A model generated the notes under the pieces. The model saw nothing but the letters and a program-made list of their open reading frames with translations. It was not told the DNA's origin and did no database searches. From the NCBI GenBank assembly GCA_963718615.1, contig OY970368.1, positions 992,001-1,056,000 of the forward strand: a stretch of DNA of 64,000 nucleotides, in the 5' to 3' direction. Both the position numbers and the translations under genes were made by a program. Positions within the stretch are counted from its first letter, which is position 1; every line of letters starts with the position of its first letter. Source of the DNA: an uncultured cyanobacterium (GTDB lineage: Bacteria > Cyanobacteriota > Cyanobacteriia > PCC-9006 > JAAUQQ01). Below, piece by piece: positions 53,302 to 64,000 of the stretch.

Positions 53302-56300
53302 ATGGCATTCGATACAAACCAACCGGCTCAAATAAGTGGGCTAAATGGCTATACTGTCAACCCGATTGTGACGATTGGTGACACGATCGGCGACTACACC
53401 CCGCCAGGGATTCCTGATGGCGTCGGGGCTTATGAATTGGATGACAATACCGTTCGAATTCTGGTTAACCACGAACTGGGTGCAACCAGTGGTTATGCCT
53501 ATTCCTTGGCTAACGGCACAGAATTAGCCGGGGCGCGGGTTAGCTATTTTGATATTGACAAATCGAGTCGAACTGTAGTAGCAGCGGGTCCAGCCTACGA
53601 CACGATTATCAATCGCCAGGGCGAAGGGGTTGATGAAGCTTCAGATTTAGAATTTGGTGGCATTCAACGCTTGTGCTCGGCCCAATATGTACCCGCCCAT
53701 CAATTTGGTGAGGGCATGGGTCTGGTGGATGGGCTTTTCTTCACGGGCGAAGAAACCGCTGGAGGAACGGAATACGTCGTTGACCCGGCAACCCAAACGC
53801 TCTACGCCGTGCCCTGGATGGGACGAGCGGCTTGGGAAAGCGTCACTGAGCTCAATACAGGATCGAGCGACACCGTGGCACTGCTCGCTGGAGATGACCG
53901 AGCAGGTGCTCCCCTGTTGCTGTACATCGGTGAGAAAAATGCCCAGGGAGATGGCAGTCTGCTCGATCGCAATGGACTTGCCCAAGGCAAGCTCTATGTC
54001 TGGGTTTCAGCCAATGGAGACCTTGATCCCAGTCAGTTTAACGGCACCGGCCAAAACCGCGATGGGCGATTTGTTGAAATTGACTTCTACCGGCCAGACT
54101 TGGCCAGTGCCGATGGCTCGTCGGGGTACGATGCCCAGGGCTTTGCCACCCAAGCCCAGCAGGATGTCCTATCCGCAGCGGTGGGAGCGTTCAAGTTTTC
54201 TCGACCGGAGGATGTTAGCACTAACCCAACCAATGGCACCCAGGCTGCTTTGAACTCGACGGGTCGGGGTCAACTCTTTGGCGGAGCCGATACCTGGGGA
54301 ACGACCTATCGCATTGACGTGGACTTCAGCGACCTGAGCAATATTGGAGCCAACATTGACGTCTTATATGACGCGGATGATGCGGGAGCGGGCCAATTTG
54401 CAGGGCCAGACTACGGCTTACGCAGTGCGGACAACATGGACTGGGCCGATGATGGCTATCTGTATCTGCAAGAGGACCGCTCCACTAGTCCCGAAACCTT
54501 GTTTGGGGAAACCTCGGGGGAGGAGGCTTCAATTTGGCGTTTGGATCCCAGCACGGGCAAACTGACTCGCATTGCCCAGATGAACCGCGATACAGGCGTT
54601 CCGACGGGGCAAACCGATGGGGCGATCGGCGAGATCGGCAACTGGGAATCCTCTGGCATTCTGGATGTTTCGATACTGTTTGATGCGGCACCGGGAAGCT
54701 TGTTGATTGCGACAACCCAGGCCCACAGTTTGGTGGATGGGGCGATCGCCGACCAAGGATTAGTCGAAGGCGGCCAAATCTACTTCCTCTCCGGCCCCGC
54801 CACCCTAGAAGGCTATGCGTCACTGCCCGCAGATACCTTTGCGGAAGGTCCCCCGACGGGCGAAGGCATTTCTGGCAATGGCCGGACCGGTCCCTTTGAA
54901 GGACCTCCGGTGCAGGGCTTTAGTGGTGTGCAGTTTGCCCCCGGTGGTGACGGCAGCAACTACTGGTTCCTTTCGGATAACGGCTTTGGTGCCCAGACCA
55001 ATAGTGCTGACTATCTGCTGCGCCTCTATCAGGCCGATCCCAATTTTGCGGGGTCTGAAAATGGCGATGGTTCCGTTGAGATCCAGGGCTTTGTGCAACT
55101 GAGCGATCCTAATAATCTAGTTCCCTTCGATATTCAGAACGGCGCGACCGCCGAGCGGAATCTGACCGGTGCCGACTTCGACATCGAATCCTTCGTGATT
55201 GATGGCAAAGGCGACATCTGGGTCGGTGAAGAATTTGGCCCCTATGTGCTTCACTTTGACAGCACGGGCAAACTGCTGGAAGCACCCATTCCCACGCCAA
55301 ATCTCGCTAATCTCAACACCCTTAATGGTCAAGCTCCGGTTGTAATTGGTCACCGAGGAGCGAGCGGTAGCCGTCCGGAACATACCTTGGCTTCCTATGA
55401 GTTGGCGATCGAACTGGGTGCCGACTTCATCGAGCCGGACCTCGTGGTGACCAAGGACGGTGTCTTGGTTGCCCGCCACGAAAACGAAATCTCCGGCACG
55501 ACAGATGTGGCAGATCATCCTGAGTTTGCCGATCGCCAAACCACAAAGGTGGTTGATGGTACATCCCTCACAGGCTGGTTCGTCGAAGATTTCACCCTGG
55601 CTGAACTGAAAACGCTACGGGCAAAGGAACGGATTCCCGGCACCCGCCCCGACAATACCCAGTATGACGGTCAGTTTGAGATTCCCACTCTAACGGAAGT
55701 CATTGACCTGGTGAAATCCGTTGAAGCAGCAACCGGCAAGACAATCGGCATCTACCCTGAAACCAAGCATCCTACATTCTTGGCGAAGGAAGGCGCTTAT
55801 CTGGACGGTACACCGATCAATCAGGACACCAGCCAGCTTTTGGTGGATACGCTGATCGCCGAAGGGTTTACCGACCCCAGTCGCATCTTCATCCAGTCCT
55901 TTGAAGTTCAAAACCTGATCGAAATTCAGACCCGTCTGGATGCGGAAGGCTTAGGCGACATTCCCCTGGTGCAGCTCTACGGCGACACCACAACGGCGGC
56001 AGACCCGACCGATCCCTTCTCCTTCCCCTACGACATTCGCTATAACGTCGCCCAGGGCAATGACCTAGTTGCTATCTACGGTCAAGATTTCCTTGATGCG
56101 GCAGAAAATCCGCTGTCAGCTGACACGGTCTACGGCGATTTAGACAATGCCACAATTCTGCAAGTCATTAGTGACCAGTATGCCGAGGGCGCAGGTCCCT
56201 GGAAGAACAACTTCTTGCTGCGGGAATCGATTGATCCCAAAGTCGATGGCAACGGCGATGGCAAGGCCGAAATCGGCTCCCAGCTCACGGGCGAAGTCAC

Positions 56301-59247
56301 CTCCTTTGTGGAGGATGCCCATGCCGCTGGGTTGCAGGTGCATCCGTACACGCTGCGGGCCGAGGAAGGTTTCCTGACGCTGAATGCCGAGGGTACGCCG
56401 CAGACCCTGGCTGATGAGATTGTGCAACTGACCCAAATTGGCGTTGATGGTTTCTTCACGGACTTTCCTGGGATTGGGGATGAAGTGCGCGATCGCCTCG
56501 TCGATGATTTCGTCCGCGCCCCACAAAACCCCACGGTTCAGTCGGGTGAAGCGGTAAGCAACCTAGGTGGGTCCAAAGGTTACGAAGGCATGGCCTTTAG
56601 CCCCGATCGCCAGACGTTGTATCCACTCCTAGAAGGCACGGTGTTCGGCGACCCTGCGGGGTCCCTACGCATCTATGAATTTGATACGACCACGAGCGTC
56701 TTCGAAGCACTGGTCGGTCTTTATCAGATGGATGCACCGGACCATGCGATCGGCGATTTCACCCCGGTTAACGACCATGAATTCCTCATCATTGAACGGG
56801 ACGGCGGCCAGGGAGAGACCGCTGAGTTCAAGAAGATCTTCAAGATTGATATCTCAGCTGTCAACGACAGCGGTTTTGTCAAAAAAGAAGAACTGGTGGA
56901 TCTACTCAACATCAGCGACCCCAGCGATCTCAACGGTGATGGCAGCACAACCTACGCCATGCCCTTTGTCACGATCGAAAACGTCTTGGTCCTGGATGAA
57001 GATACGATTTTGGTTGCCAACGACAACAACTATCCCTTCTCCGTGGGTCGTCCTCCGGCCATCGACAATAACGAGATTGTTCAAATCAAGCTGAACCAGC
57101 CCCTGGATCTGGATCCACGCCTAGGCGTTGCAGGGTTGAACAACGTGGGTACAGCGGGTCAGCCCTTTGACACCAGCGCTCCGGCTCAGATGCAGGGCCT
57201 CAATGGCTACACAGTTGATCCCCTCTTCACCGTGGGTGAAACCTATGGCGGTTTTACTCCCACCGGTATCTTTGATGGTTTAGGAGCCTTTGCCCTCGAC
57301 GATGATACGGTTCGTGTCTACGCCAACAGCGAACTGGGGGCTAGCACAGGTTATGCCTATGAGCTGGCTAGCGGTGCAGCGTTGACTGGCGGTCGGGTGA
57401 GCTACTTCGATATCGATAAGGATAGCCTTGCAATTGTCGATGCGGGCTTGGCCTACGATACGATTATCAACCGGGCCGGTGAGGTCGTGGATGAAGCCTC
57501 TGATCTGGAATTTGAGGGTATCGATCGCCTCTGCTCCGCCCAGTACATCGAAGCATACCAGTTTGGCAATGGCATCGGTCTTGAAGATGCGCTCTTCTTC
57601 ACCGGAGAAGAAACCGATGGCGGCACCGAGTTTGTCCTTGATCCAGATACAAACACTCTCTACGCAGTGCCCTGGATGGGTCGTGCGGCCTGGGAAAGTG
57701 TCACCGAACTCAACACCGGTACCACGGATAAAGTTGCTTTGCTGATTGGTGACGATCGGGGTGGTGCTCCGCTCCTGCTCTACATCGGTGAAAAGCAAGC
57801 GGGGGGTAATCTGCTGGAACGCAATGGTCTGGCGGCGGGTAGGCTCTACGTCTGGGCTGCGGATAGCGGTGAGCTCAGTCCCGAAGAATTTAACGGTACC
57901 GGTGAAGACCGCAATGGGACTTGGAACGCGATCGACTACTATCGCCCCGACTTGGCAGGTAACGGTCAGTACGATGCGCTAGGCTTTGCAACCCAGGAAC
58001 ACCAAGACGCTCTGGCGGAAGCCGCAGGTGCGTTCAAATTTTCCCGTCCTGAGGATGTTGCCACCAATCCCGAGGATGGAACCCAAGCGGTGCTGGCTTC
58101 CACGGGACGCGACAGTCTCTTCCCTTCTGATGCTTGGGGGACCACCTACCTGATCGACACCGAATTTGGGGCGGACGGCACACCTGTTGCGGCCAATGTC
58201 AAGGCCATTTACGACGGTGATGATGCTGGAGCTGGTCAGTTTGCTGGACCCGATTACGGCTTGCGTAGCCCAGATAATCTGGATTGGGCCGACAATGGTT
58301 TGATCTACATCCAGGAAGACCGCTCCATCGATTCCTTTGGCGAGGTTTCCGGCGAAGAAGCCTCGATCTGGACTTTAGATCCGGCCACTGGCAAATTGAC
58401 CCGTGTGGCGCAGATGGATCGTTCGGCAGTGCCTGCGGGCCAGAGCGACCCCAGCCCCACGGATATTGGCAACTGGGAATCCTCCGGCATTATTGATGTC
58501 TCGGGTCTGTTTGACAAAGCACCGGGTAGTCTCTTTCTCTTCGGTACCCAAGCCCACAGCCTGCGCGATGGTGTCATCGCCAGCGAGAATCTGGTTCAGG
58601 GGGGACAGTTATCCTTTCTCGTTGCTCCTACAAGTTCTGATAGTTCTGGTGGTGGCGGGAGTCAGAATCTCATAAAGCCTCTAGTTTTATCGGGAACTGT
58701 GGCTTCAGAGACCCTGTTTGGCGGCGAGGGGAATGACATCCTCTATGGCAACGGAGGGGGCGATCGCCTCATCGGCAATGGGGGAGATGACATCCTCTAC
58801 GGCGAACCCGGTGCAGATACCCTCATCGGTGGTGCAGGCAACGATATCCTCTACGGCAACGGCGGTGAAGACCGACTGATTGGCGATGGCGGCAACGACA
58901 TCCTCTACGGCGAAGCGTCATCAGAAATCATCATCGGGGGTACCGGCAATGACACGATCTATGGCAATGGTGGTGGGGACTACATTGATCCCGGCACTGG
59001 CCTAGATTGGGTGTGGGTCGGCCAAGCGGGTGGAGCCACTGTGGTTCTCCATGAAGGCGAAGGATATGTCACCGTGGTGGGCTTCAAAGCCGGGACGACC
59101 CAGTTTGCCCTGGGTTCCAGTCAGCTTCAACCCAGTGATTTAACCTTTGGCCAAGAGGGCAGCCATGCTCGTATTCTCCATGGTTCTGATTTACTGGCTG
59201 TTGTTGAGTGGACGTCTCCTCAGACCGTGAGCAGTGCTTTTGCATAA
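53302..59247 (+). CDS. Giant multidomain phosphoesterase: PhoX-like x2, phytase-like domain with inserted GDPD, RTX repeats
   Basis: Duplicated ~490-aa module (LCSA, FFTGEE, GRAAWE, FSRPED, QED, WESSG); LSDNGFG..DIES..EEFGP and G.EGMA..NDNNYP halves; IGHRGASG..PEHT..DGFFTDFP; GGxGxDxLxG repeats. Confidence 0.88.
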   Translation: MAFDTNQPAQISGLNGYTVNPIVTIGDTIGDYTPPGIPDGVGAYELDDNTVRILVNHELGATSGYAYSLANGTELAGARVSYFDIDKSSRTVVAAGPAYDTIINRQGEGVDEASDLEFGGIQRLCSAQYVPAHQFGEGMGLVDGLFFTGEETAGGTEYVVDPATQTLYAVPWMGRAAWESVTELNTGSSDTVALLAGDDRAGAPLLLYIGEKNAQGDGSLLDRNGLAQGKLYVWVSANGDLDPSQFNGTGQNRDGRFVEIDFYRPDLASADGSSGYDAQGFATQAQQDVLSAAVGAFKFSRPEDVSTNPTNGTQAALNSTGRGQLFGGADTWGTTYRIDVDFSDLSNIGANIDVLYDADDAGAGQFAGPDYGLRSADNMDWADDGYLYLQEDRSTSPETLFGETSGEEASIWRLDPSTGKLTRIAQMNRDTGVPTGQTDGAIGEIGNWESSGILDVSILFDAAPGSLLIATTQAHSLVDGAIADQGLVEGGQIYFLSGPATLEGYASLPADTFAEGPPTGEGISGNGRTGPFEGPPVQGFSGVQFAPGGDGSNYWFLSDNGFGAQTNSADYLLRLYQADPNFAGSENGDGSVEIQGFVQLSDPNNLVPFDIQNGATAERNLTGADFDIESFVIDGKGDIWVGEEFGPYVLHFDSTGKLLEAPIPTPNLANLNTLNGQAPVVIGHRGASGSRPEHTLASYELAIELGADFIEPDLVVTKDGVLVARHENEISGTTDVADHPEFADRQTTKVVDGTSLTGWFVEDFTLAELKTLRAKERIPGTRPDNTQYDGQFEIPTLTEVIDLVKSVEAATGKTIGIYPETKHPTFLAKEGAYLDGTPINQDTSQLLVDTLIAEGFTDPSRIFIQSFEVQNLIEIQTRLDAEGLGDIPLVQLYGDTTTAADPTDPFSFPYDIRYNVAQGNDLVAIYGQDFLDAAENPLSADTVYGDLDNATILQVISDQYAEGAGPWKNNFLLRESIDPKVDGNGDGKAEIGSQLTGEVTSFVEDAHAAGLQVHPYTLRAEEGFLTLNAEGTPQTLADEIVQLTQIGVDGFFTDFPGIGDEVRDRLVDDFVRAPQNPTVQSGEAVSNLGGSKGYEGMAFSPDRQTLYPLLEGTVFGDPAGSLRIYEFDTTTSVFEALVGLYQMDAPDHAIGDFTPVNDHEFLIIERDGGQGETAEFKKIFKIDISAVNDSGFVKKEELVDLLNISDPSDLNGDGSTTYAMPFVTIENVLVLDEDTILVANDNNYPFSVGRPPAIDNNEIVQIKLNQPLDLDPRLGVAGLNNVGTAGQPFDTSAPAQMQGLNGYTVDPLFTVGETYGGFTPTGIFDGLGAFALDDDTVRVYANSELGASTGYAYELASGAALTGGRVSYFDIDKDSLAIVDAGLAYDTIINRAGEVVDEASDLEFEGIDRLCSAQYIEAYQFGNGIGLEDALFFTGEETDGGTEFVLDPDTNTLYAVPWMGRAAWESVTELNTGTTDKVALLIGDDRGGAPLLLYIGEKQAGGNLLERNGLAAGRLYVWAADSGELSPEEFNGTGEDRNGTWNAIDYYRPDLAGNGQYDALGFATQEHQDALAEAAGAFKFSRPEDVATNPEDGTQAVLASTGRDSLFPSDAWGTTYLIDTEFGADGTPVAANVKAIYDGDDAGAGQFAGPDYGLRSPDNLDWADNGLIYIQEDRSIDSFGEVSGEEASIWTLDPATGKLTRVAQMDRSAVPAGQSDPSPTDIGNWESSGIIDVSGLFDKAPGSLFLFGTQAHSLRDGVIASENLVQGGQLSFLVAPTSSDSSGGGGSQNLIKPLVLSGTVASETLFGGEGNDILYGNGGGDRLIGNGGDDILYGEPGADTLIGGAGNDILYGNGGEDRLIGDGGNDILYGEASSEIIIGGTGNDTIYGNGGGDYIDPGTGLDWVWVGQAGGATVVLHEGEGYVTVVGFKAGTTQFALGSSQLQPSDLTFGQEGSHARILHGSDLLAVVEWTSPQTVSSAFA

Positions 59248-59291
59248 ATTGCTTTGCATAAATTGCTTTGCATAAATTGCTTTGCATAAAT
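59239..59291. repeat. 14-bp tandem repeat TTTGCATAAATTGC x~4 spanning the stop codon
   Basis: Read directly. Confidence 0.85.
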
Positions 59292-59442
59292 CGCCTAATC
59301 TCGCCCCCAATACGCCTCAATCCTCTTTCGTTGGACAGGTGTTTGGGGGCTTTTCTATCAGTTTTTAGGTTTAATGCTGCGATCGCCCCATCCCGGTCCC
59401 AAAGCTTGCTATGGTAAACAGCAGAAGAGTTCTAACATTAGG

Positions 59443-60708
59443 ATGCAAATTCCCTTACATCAGCAAACTCTATCCTTGGATCATGCTGCGTTTTCAAAGA
59501 TTTTGAGTAAAACCAGAAACTTACTCGTGATTCAAGATTTGGATGGCGTTTGTATGGAATTAGTCAATGATCCATTAGATCGAATCATCGACCTCAACTA
59601 TCTTCAGGCCACGCAAATATTTGCACAGCACTTTTATGTGCTTACAAACGGTGAACATATTGGAAAACGCGGCGTCAATAGAATTGTCGATCGTCTTTAT
59701 CATAGTATTCAATCCCAGGAGAATCCAGCGCCCAAACCGTCTTATCTCCCAGGCTTAGCGGCTGGCGGCGTGCAATGGCAAGAACGGGATGGAGAGGTAT
59801 GCCATCCAGGGGTTAGTGATGCCGAATTAAATTTTTTAGCAGCCGTTCCCGACCGCATCCGGATGTGGATTCATAAGTTCTTTCGCGATCGCCCCCAGCC
59901 CCCCAACCTCGAACCTGCCATCGAAGCCTCAGTTTTAGACAACATCGCCTCGCCCACCGCCAATCTCAATACGTTCTATCAAATCCTTGAAGGCGATACG
60001 AAAACCTATATCGCCCTACAACAATCCATACAGCAACTGATGAATTCGCTCTTAGCTGATGCCAAGCAGCAAGGTTTAGCGGATTCATTTTTTGTGCATT
60101 ATGCGCCTAATTTGGGCAAAGATGAGCAAGGTCAAGAAGTGCTTTGGTTCAGCCAGTTGGGGGAGTCAGGAACGACTGATTTTCAGTTTATGCTGCGAGG
60201 GGCGATCAAAGAAGCCGGAGTTTTAGCCTTGCTCAATCGCTATTACCGAACTCACTTTGGAACCTATCCCTTGGGAGAATGCTTTAACGTTCGTCAAGCT
60301 CCCCATTCGGTGGAAGTCTTGGCTCAGTTAGCTCAAACTCATTTTGATCCAGCATTGATGCCTTGCATCATTGGCGTGGGTGATACGGTTACGAGCCAAA
60401 CTCAGGTTTTGGAGGAACAAACGGTGATCCGACGAGGGGGGAGCGATCGCAATTTTCTCCAACTTATTCAAACCCTTGGGCAAACCTTTAATACCGAAAA
60501 TCTAGTGGTTTATGTGGATAGCAGCGGCGGAGAACTCAAAAACCGTAAGCCTCTAAAACTCGAAACCCGAAAGGGTTCTCCAGTGGTGATTGAGGGACCG
60601 GGCGATCGCGACGATCCTCTCCAGATTAATGTTGCCTTTCCCGGTGGACATCACGAATATTGTCAGTGCTTTCAAAGGGCCGCAAGCCTCCGTCAGACAG
60701 AGCTCTAA
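59443..60708 (+). CDS. stpA: Glucosylglycerol 3-phosphate phosphatase
   Basis: IQDLDGVCM, VLTNGEH.G.RGVN, GTTDFQFML, GVGDTVTS, RGGSDR.FL. Confidence 0.92.
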   Translation: MQIPLHQQTLSLDHAAFSKILSKTRNLLVIQDLDGVCMELVNDPLDRIIDLNYLQATQIFAQHFYVLTNGEHIGKRGVNRIVDRLYHSIQSQENPAPKPSYLPGLAAGGVQWQERDGEVCHPGVSDAELNFLAAVPDRIRMWIHKFFRDRPQPPNLEPAIEASVLDNIASPTANLNTFYQILEGDTKTYIALQQSIQQLMNSLLADAKQQGLADSFFVHYAPNLGKDEQGQEVLWFSQLGESGTTDFQFMLRGAIKEAGVLALLNRYYRTHFGTYPLGECFNVRQAPHSVEVLAQLAQTHFDPALMPCIIGVGDTVTSQTQVLEEQTVIRRGGSDRNFLQLIQTLGQTFNTENLVVYVDSSGGELKNRKPLKLETRKGSPVVIEGPGDRDDPLQINVAFPGGHHEYCQCFQRAASLRQTEL

Positions 60709-60719
60709 CCCACAGAGCT

Positions 60720-61496
60720 CTAACCGACTGCAATTTGAGCCGCTTGAAGTTGTTTTAAGAGCTGGAACGTTTCCTGATAGCCTCTTTCTAAACCCTGCTG
60801 CTTAAACCTATCCATGGCTTGTTGTAAATCGGCGATCGCCAAGTCAGGCCGATGGCTTACCCCATAGGCAATTCCTCGATCCCTATAGACTGCCGCCAAA
60901 CAATCTTGCAAGGGCTGTGGGCAATTGATCAAGGACTGGGTGTAGTCGGCGATCGCCGCTTCATAGTTTTCTAGGGCAAACTGGGCAAGACCACGATTGT
61001 AATAGGCTCGGTAATCTTTGGGTTGCTGCCACAAGAGTTGATCATAGTTTGCGATCGCATTGCCATAGTCAGCCAATCGATAATGGGCTAAACCTCGATT
61101 AAGATAGGCTTCTAAATTATTAGGATTAAATTGAAGGGCTTGGGTACAGTCGGCGATCGCTGCAACATAGTCTTCCAGTTGAATATAAGATAAGCAACGA
61201 TTACTATAGGCTGCCGCATTCTCAGAATGATTCTTTAAAAAGAGATCAAATGCATTTTTTGCTTTTATATACTGTTCTCGTTGATAGGCTTGAATACCTA
61301 AATCAAAGGCAGAGAATTCAACATCAAATGAGGTTGGAGTCTCTTTATTTTTAGCAGCAGAGTTAGCAATGGCATCAGATTGTACGATATTGGGCTGTGC
61401 AATCGCATCAAAAACTACCAGACAGTTAAATGAGATCAAATAAAGTGAAAGTGAAAGAAAAACATAGATAAGAATACTTCTGGTTCGCAAATTCAT
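60720..61496 (-). CDS. TPR-repeat protein
   Basis: Repeated AY.NRG.A..L.DY..AIADY..AL; N-terminal hydrophobic segment. Confidence 0.88.
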   Translation of the reverse strand: MNLRTRSILIYVFLSLSLYLISFNCLVVFDAIAQPNIVQSDAIANSAAKNKETPTSFDVEFSAFDLGIQAYQREQYIKAKNAFDLFLKNHSENAAAYSNRCLSYIQLEDYVAAIADCTQALQFNPNNLEAYLNRGLAHYRLADYGNAIANYDQLLWQQPKDYRAYYNRGLAQFALENYEAAIADYTQSLINCPQPLQDCLAAVYRDRGIAYGVSHRPDLAIADLQQAMDRFKQQGLERGYQETFQLLKQLQAAQIAVG

Positions 61497-61868
61497 TGTA
61501 GCAATTCCTGTAACGTCAAGCAGTTCTTTTAGAAAAAACTGCCCTAAGATCTTAGAATTGTCAAAAGACAAGTCGTAAAATTGACTGACTTGTCCACAAA
61601 ACTTAAACTTTCATGGATTTCAGTAAGACCGACATAAGTCTCTAAGCATGAACGAAGTTAATCTTAGAATTATTGTCGAAAAGAACTATCGTCCAATAAT
61701 GTCACTCAGATCATGAATTCCTAAAGGAACACGAATCCAGCTAATAGCTAAGAAAAATACAGTTCCCAAGAGTGGTAACCAATATCAACGACTTGGGTTA
61801 TTTCAATAGGGCATCTGGACATTATAAGAAGGATTTAACAAGTTGCATAGCAGATACTTAACATCAAA

Positions 61869-62378
61869 TTATAGATTTAGACCTCCCTTAACCGTTGCTG
61901 GAGCTGAGAATAGGACATACAAGACACCTGCACCCATTAAAACAACCACTAAGCTAAAAAGCACAACCCAACGGTTATTAGGCTGATAAGTACTATTCTC
62001 AATAGCCTGAAGAACACTAAAATAGTGCCAGGTGGACAGGAGCACAGTGATTAGACCAATCAAAACCAGAGCTAATCCCAACAGCCATCCTTGCCCAGTT
62101 CCCATAACCTGCGGGGAAACAAGATAACGCGATCGAGCAATTAGCACACCAAAACCAATGAGAGCAATGGCTGTCCGCATCCAAGCCAAATAAGTCCGTT
62201 CGTTTGCCAGATGGTCTCGGGTTCGCGACCCTGACTTTGGTAAGTGCTGCGAAGACAACATGGATAGTGAATTTAAATCACTAGGATTAATTGATCCTGA
62301 GCAATCGCTAAGTGATTCTTCAGGCAAAGGTAGAATTAGATCCGAAGGCTGAAAGAATTCATGCATAAAACTATCCAT
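61869..62378 (-). CDS. YidH/DUF202 membrane protein
   Basis: RDHLANERTYLAWMRTA. Confidence 0.9.
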   Translation of the reverse strand: MDSFMHEFFQPSDLILPLPEESLSDCSGSINPSDLNSLSMLSSQHLPKSGSRTRDHLANERTYLAWMRTAIALIGFGVLIARSRYLVSPQVMGTGQGWLLGLALVLIGLITVLLSTWHYFSVLQAIENSTYQPNNRWVVLFSLVVVLMGAGVLYVLFSAPATVKGGLNL

Positions 62379-62734
62379 AAAAAGAGATTGACTAAAAGTT
62401 TCTCTACTCCAGTTCTTCTCAACCTAAAGCCCTTTGAATTAGCTTAACTGTTTTCTTATCCATAATTTTTTGAGCTATTCTCTGTACTATCTTCAGAAGA
62501 AGGGTAAGTAGGTTCACAGGTAAACAACCATTTTAAGACTAGCTGCTCAGACATCAGTTTATTTACTATGCTATTAGCAGCTGTAACATGAACTTCGGGG
62601 GAGGTAGCATATAACGAGAAACTAATCAATATTATTCTAAGAGTCATAAGTTACTGCAAGACTGGAACTAATGATTGACTTGAAAAAGCCAGATTTTCCT
62701 ATCTGACTTTAGATACTCGAAATAAAAAAAGTCG

Positions 62735-63700
62735 TCAAGCTTCTGGATCTCGGCCTACTTCAATAGGTAAATCTGCTTGAGCGGAGTATTCGGTCCAAGA
62801 GCCTTCATAAACACGAACTCTAGGATAGTTCAGTAAGTGCTTGAGAACAACATATTGTAAAGTCGCTTCTCGTCCAGTACTACAGCTTATCACAATATCA
62901 TCTTGAGGTTTAATGCCACGGCGGTTCACCAGAGCCTGAATTTGCTCCAATGGAAGCAGTTGGTGTAGGTTATCTTTGCCCACCGTCAGAGATTGCCAAG
63001 GAATATTCTTCGCACCAGGTATGTGACCATTACGAATGAAGACATCCTCTTCACCAGCAAAGAGAGAAGCAGGACGAGGATCAATCAGAACAAGATTACT
63101 CTTTTGGCTAACATGTTGGCGTATTTGCTGTAAGTCAACCCTTGTGTCCAAATTTTCGTTTACTGTGAAATCACCTAGGCTGTAAGATGGGTATTCTTTT
63201 GTTACTGGCAGTCCAGAAATTTTGTATCCTTTATAGCCACCATCTAAAACTGATACTCGTGAATGCCCACTACGCTCTAATAAATAGGCGATCATTGTTG
63301 CTCCTAAAACGTTTGCATCATCAGAATAAACAACAACATGGCTACCTTTGTTAACACCAGCTTGTTGAAAGAGAGACTGGATCTTCTGCTGGTCCCAATA
63401 TTGAATGGGTAGGCGTCCATTAGGCCCTCGAAACGTATTGTCGGCAATGTGAACGGCATTAGGGATGTGTCCATTAATATAATCAAGGGGGTTAATGCGC
63501 ACATCAAGAATTCTGACATTACGATCGTTGGCATGATTATTCAGCCATTCAGGAGCAACAAAGTCTAATTGAGAAATTTCTCTACTATTGGCAAGTTTTG
63601 GTGCTACAAAACCTGATAAGCCTAGAACAGCTATCAATGTCAGCAGAAATATAGCTAGCTGATTTTTCCGGCGATTAACTTCATAACTTAATACCAGCAT
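62735..63700 (-). CDS. Tandem-domain sulfurtransferase (rhodanese) with signal peptide
   Basis: GHIPNA, LDGG, GHIPGA, active loop CSTGRE, YEGSWTEY. Confidence 0.92.
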   Translation of the reverse strand: MLVLSYEVNRRKNQLAIFLLTLIAVLGLSGFVAPKLANSREISQLDFVAPEWLNNHANDRNVRILDVRINPLDYINGHIPNAVHIADNTFRGPNGRLPIQYWDQQKIQSLFQQAGVNKGSHVVVYSDDANVLGATMIAYLLERSGHSRVSVLDGGYKGYKISGLPVTKEYPSYSLGDFTVNENLDTRVDLQQIRQHVSQKSNLVLIDPRPASLFAGEEDVFIRNGHIPGAKNIPWQSLTVGKDNLHQLLPLEQIQALVNRRGIKPQDDIVISCSTGREATLQYVVLKHLLNYPRVRVYEGSWTEYSAQADLPIEVGRDPEA

Positions 63701-63814
63701 TTCAATCTCCTTTGAATCTGCTTTTTTCAGATTTATTTACGCTCATCTGTATCACCCTTACAGAGCTCCATTCCCTCAGGATATCGATGTCACTTTCATT
63801 TCTAATAGATTATT

Positions 63815-64000
63815 TTAGAGTAGCATCGCTACTTGGTAAGTATCAAGCCAATGCCTATAAAACTGCTTAATGGGAGGATGATCTACAGTAAATCCATGAG
63901 CTTCAACTCGCTTAATAAATTGCTCAGCGGTCAATGACTGTTCGACGGCGATCGCCATCAAAACCAAAGCGATCGCTCGATAGCCTCCTCGGCAGTGAAC
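63815..64000 (-). CDS. C-terminus of a DUF442/Blh-like (HCX5R) sulfurtransferase or phosphatase-like protein (partial)
   Basis: Manual translation VHCRGGYRAIALVLMAIAVEQ...VAMLL*. Confidence 0.6.
   Translation of the reverse strand, partial: VHCRGGYRAIALVLMAIAVEQSLTAEQFIKRVEAHGFTVDHPPIKQFYRHWLDTYQVAMLL

Overview
Cyanobacterial chromosomal window: HIP1 (GCGATCGC) is abundant, and nblA, stpA/ggpP and the OgdA/SsaD TCA bypass are present. Core genes include ctaD'/ctaC/ctaA/ctaB, frmA/fghA, cysK, argJ, dnaX, tRNA-Val, cobS, tgt, rnc and ilvN. Four regions stand out. (1) An AT-rich island (~13.4-23.6 kb) built like an integron cassette array with no integrase in the window. Three minus-strand cassettes are bounded by complementary GTTRRRY/RYYYAAC cores, two attC sites were invaded by group IIC-attC introns, and a ~41-bp periodic site array heads the array. 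The largest cassette encodes a putative conflict module: P-loop ATPase, ATPase with an inserted degenerate Csx3 (ring-nuclease-like) domain plus TPR, and caspase-like/GUN4 protein. (2) A MerR-controlled cluster with a Tat-exported protein resembling a circularly permuted, cysteine-free sulfur oxygenase reductase. (3) Five NsiR1-like sRNA units between argJ and dnaX, each with a TCCGGA-N17-GTATAA (DIF1) promoter and its own terminator. (4) A 430-aa DnaX intein whose LAGLIDADG endonuclease is encoded in an overlapping frame. All family calls come from motif recognition and recalled sequences; no database searches were run.
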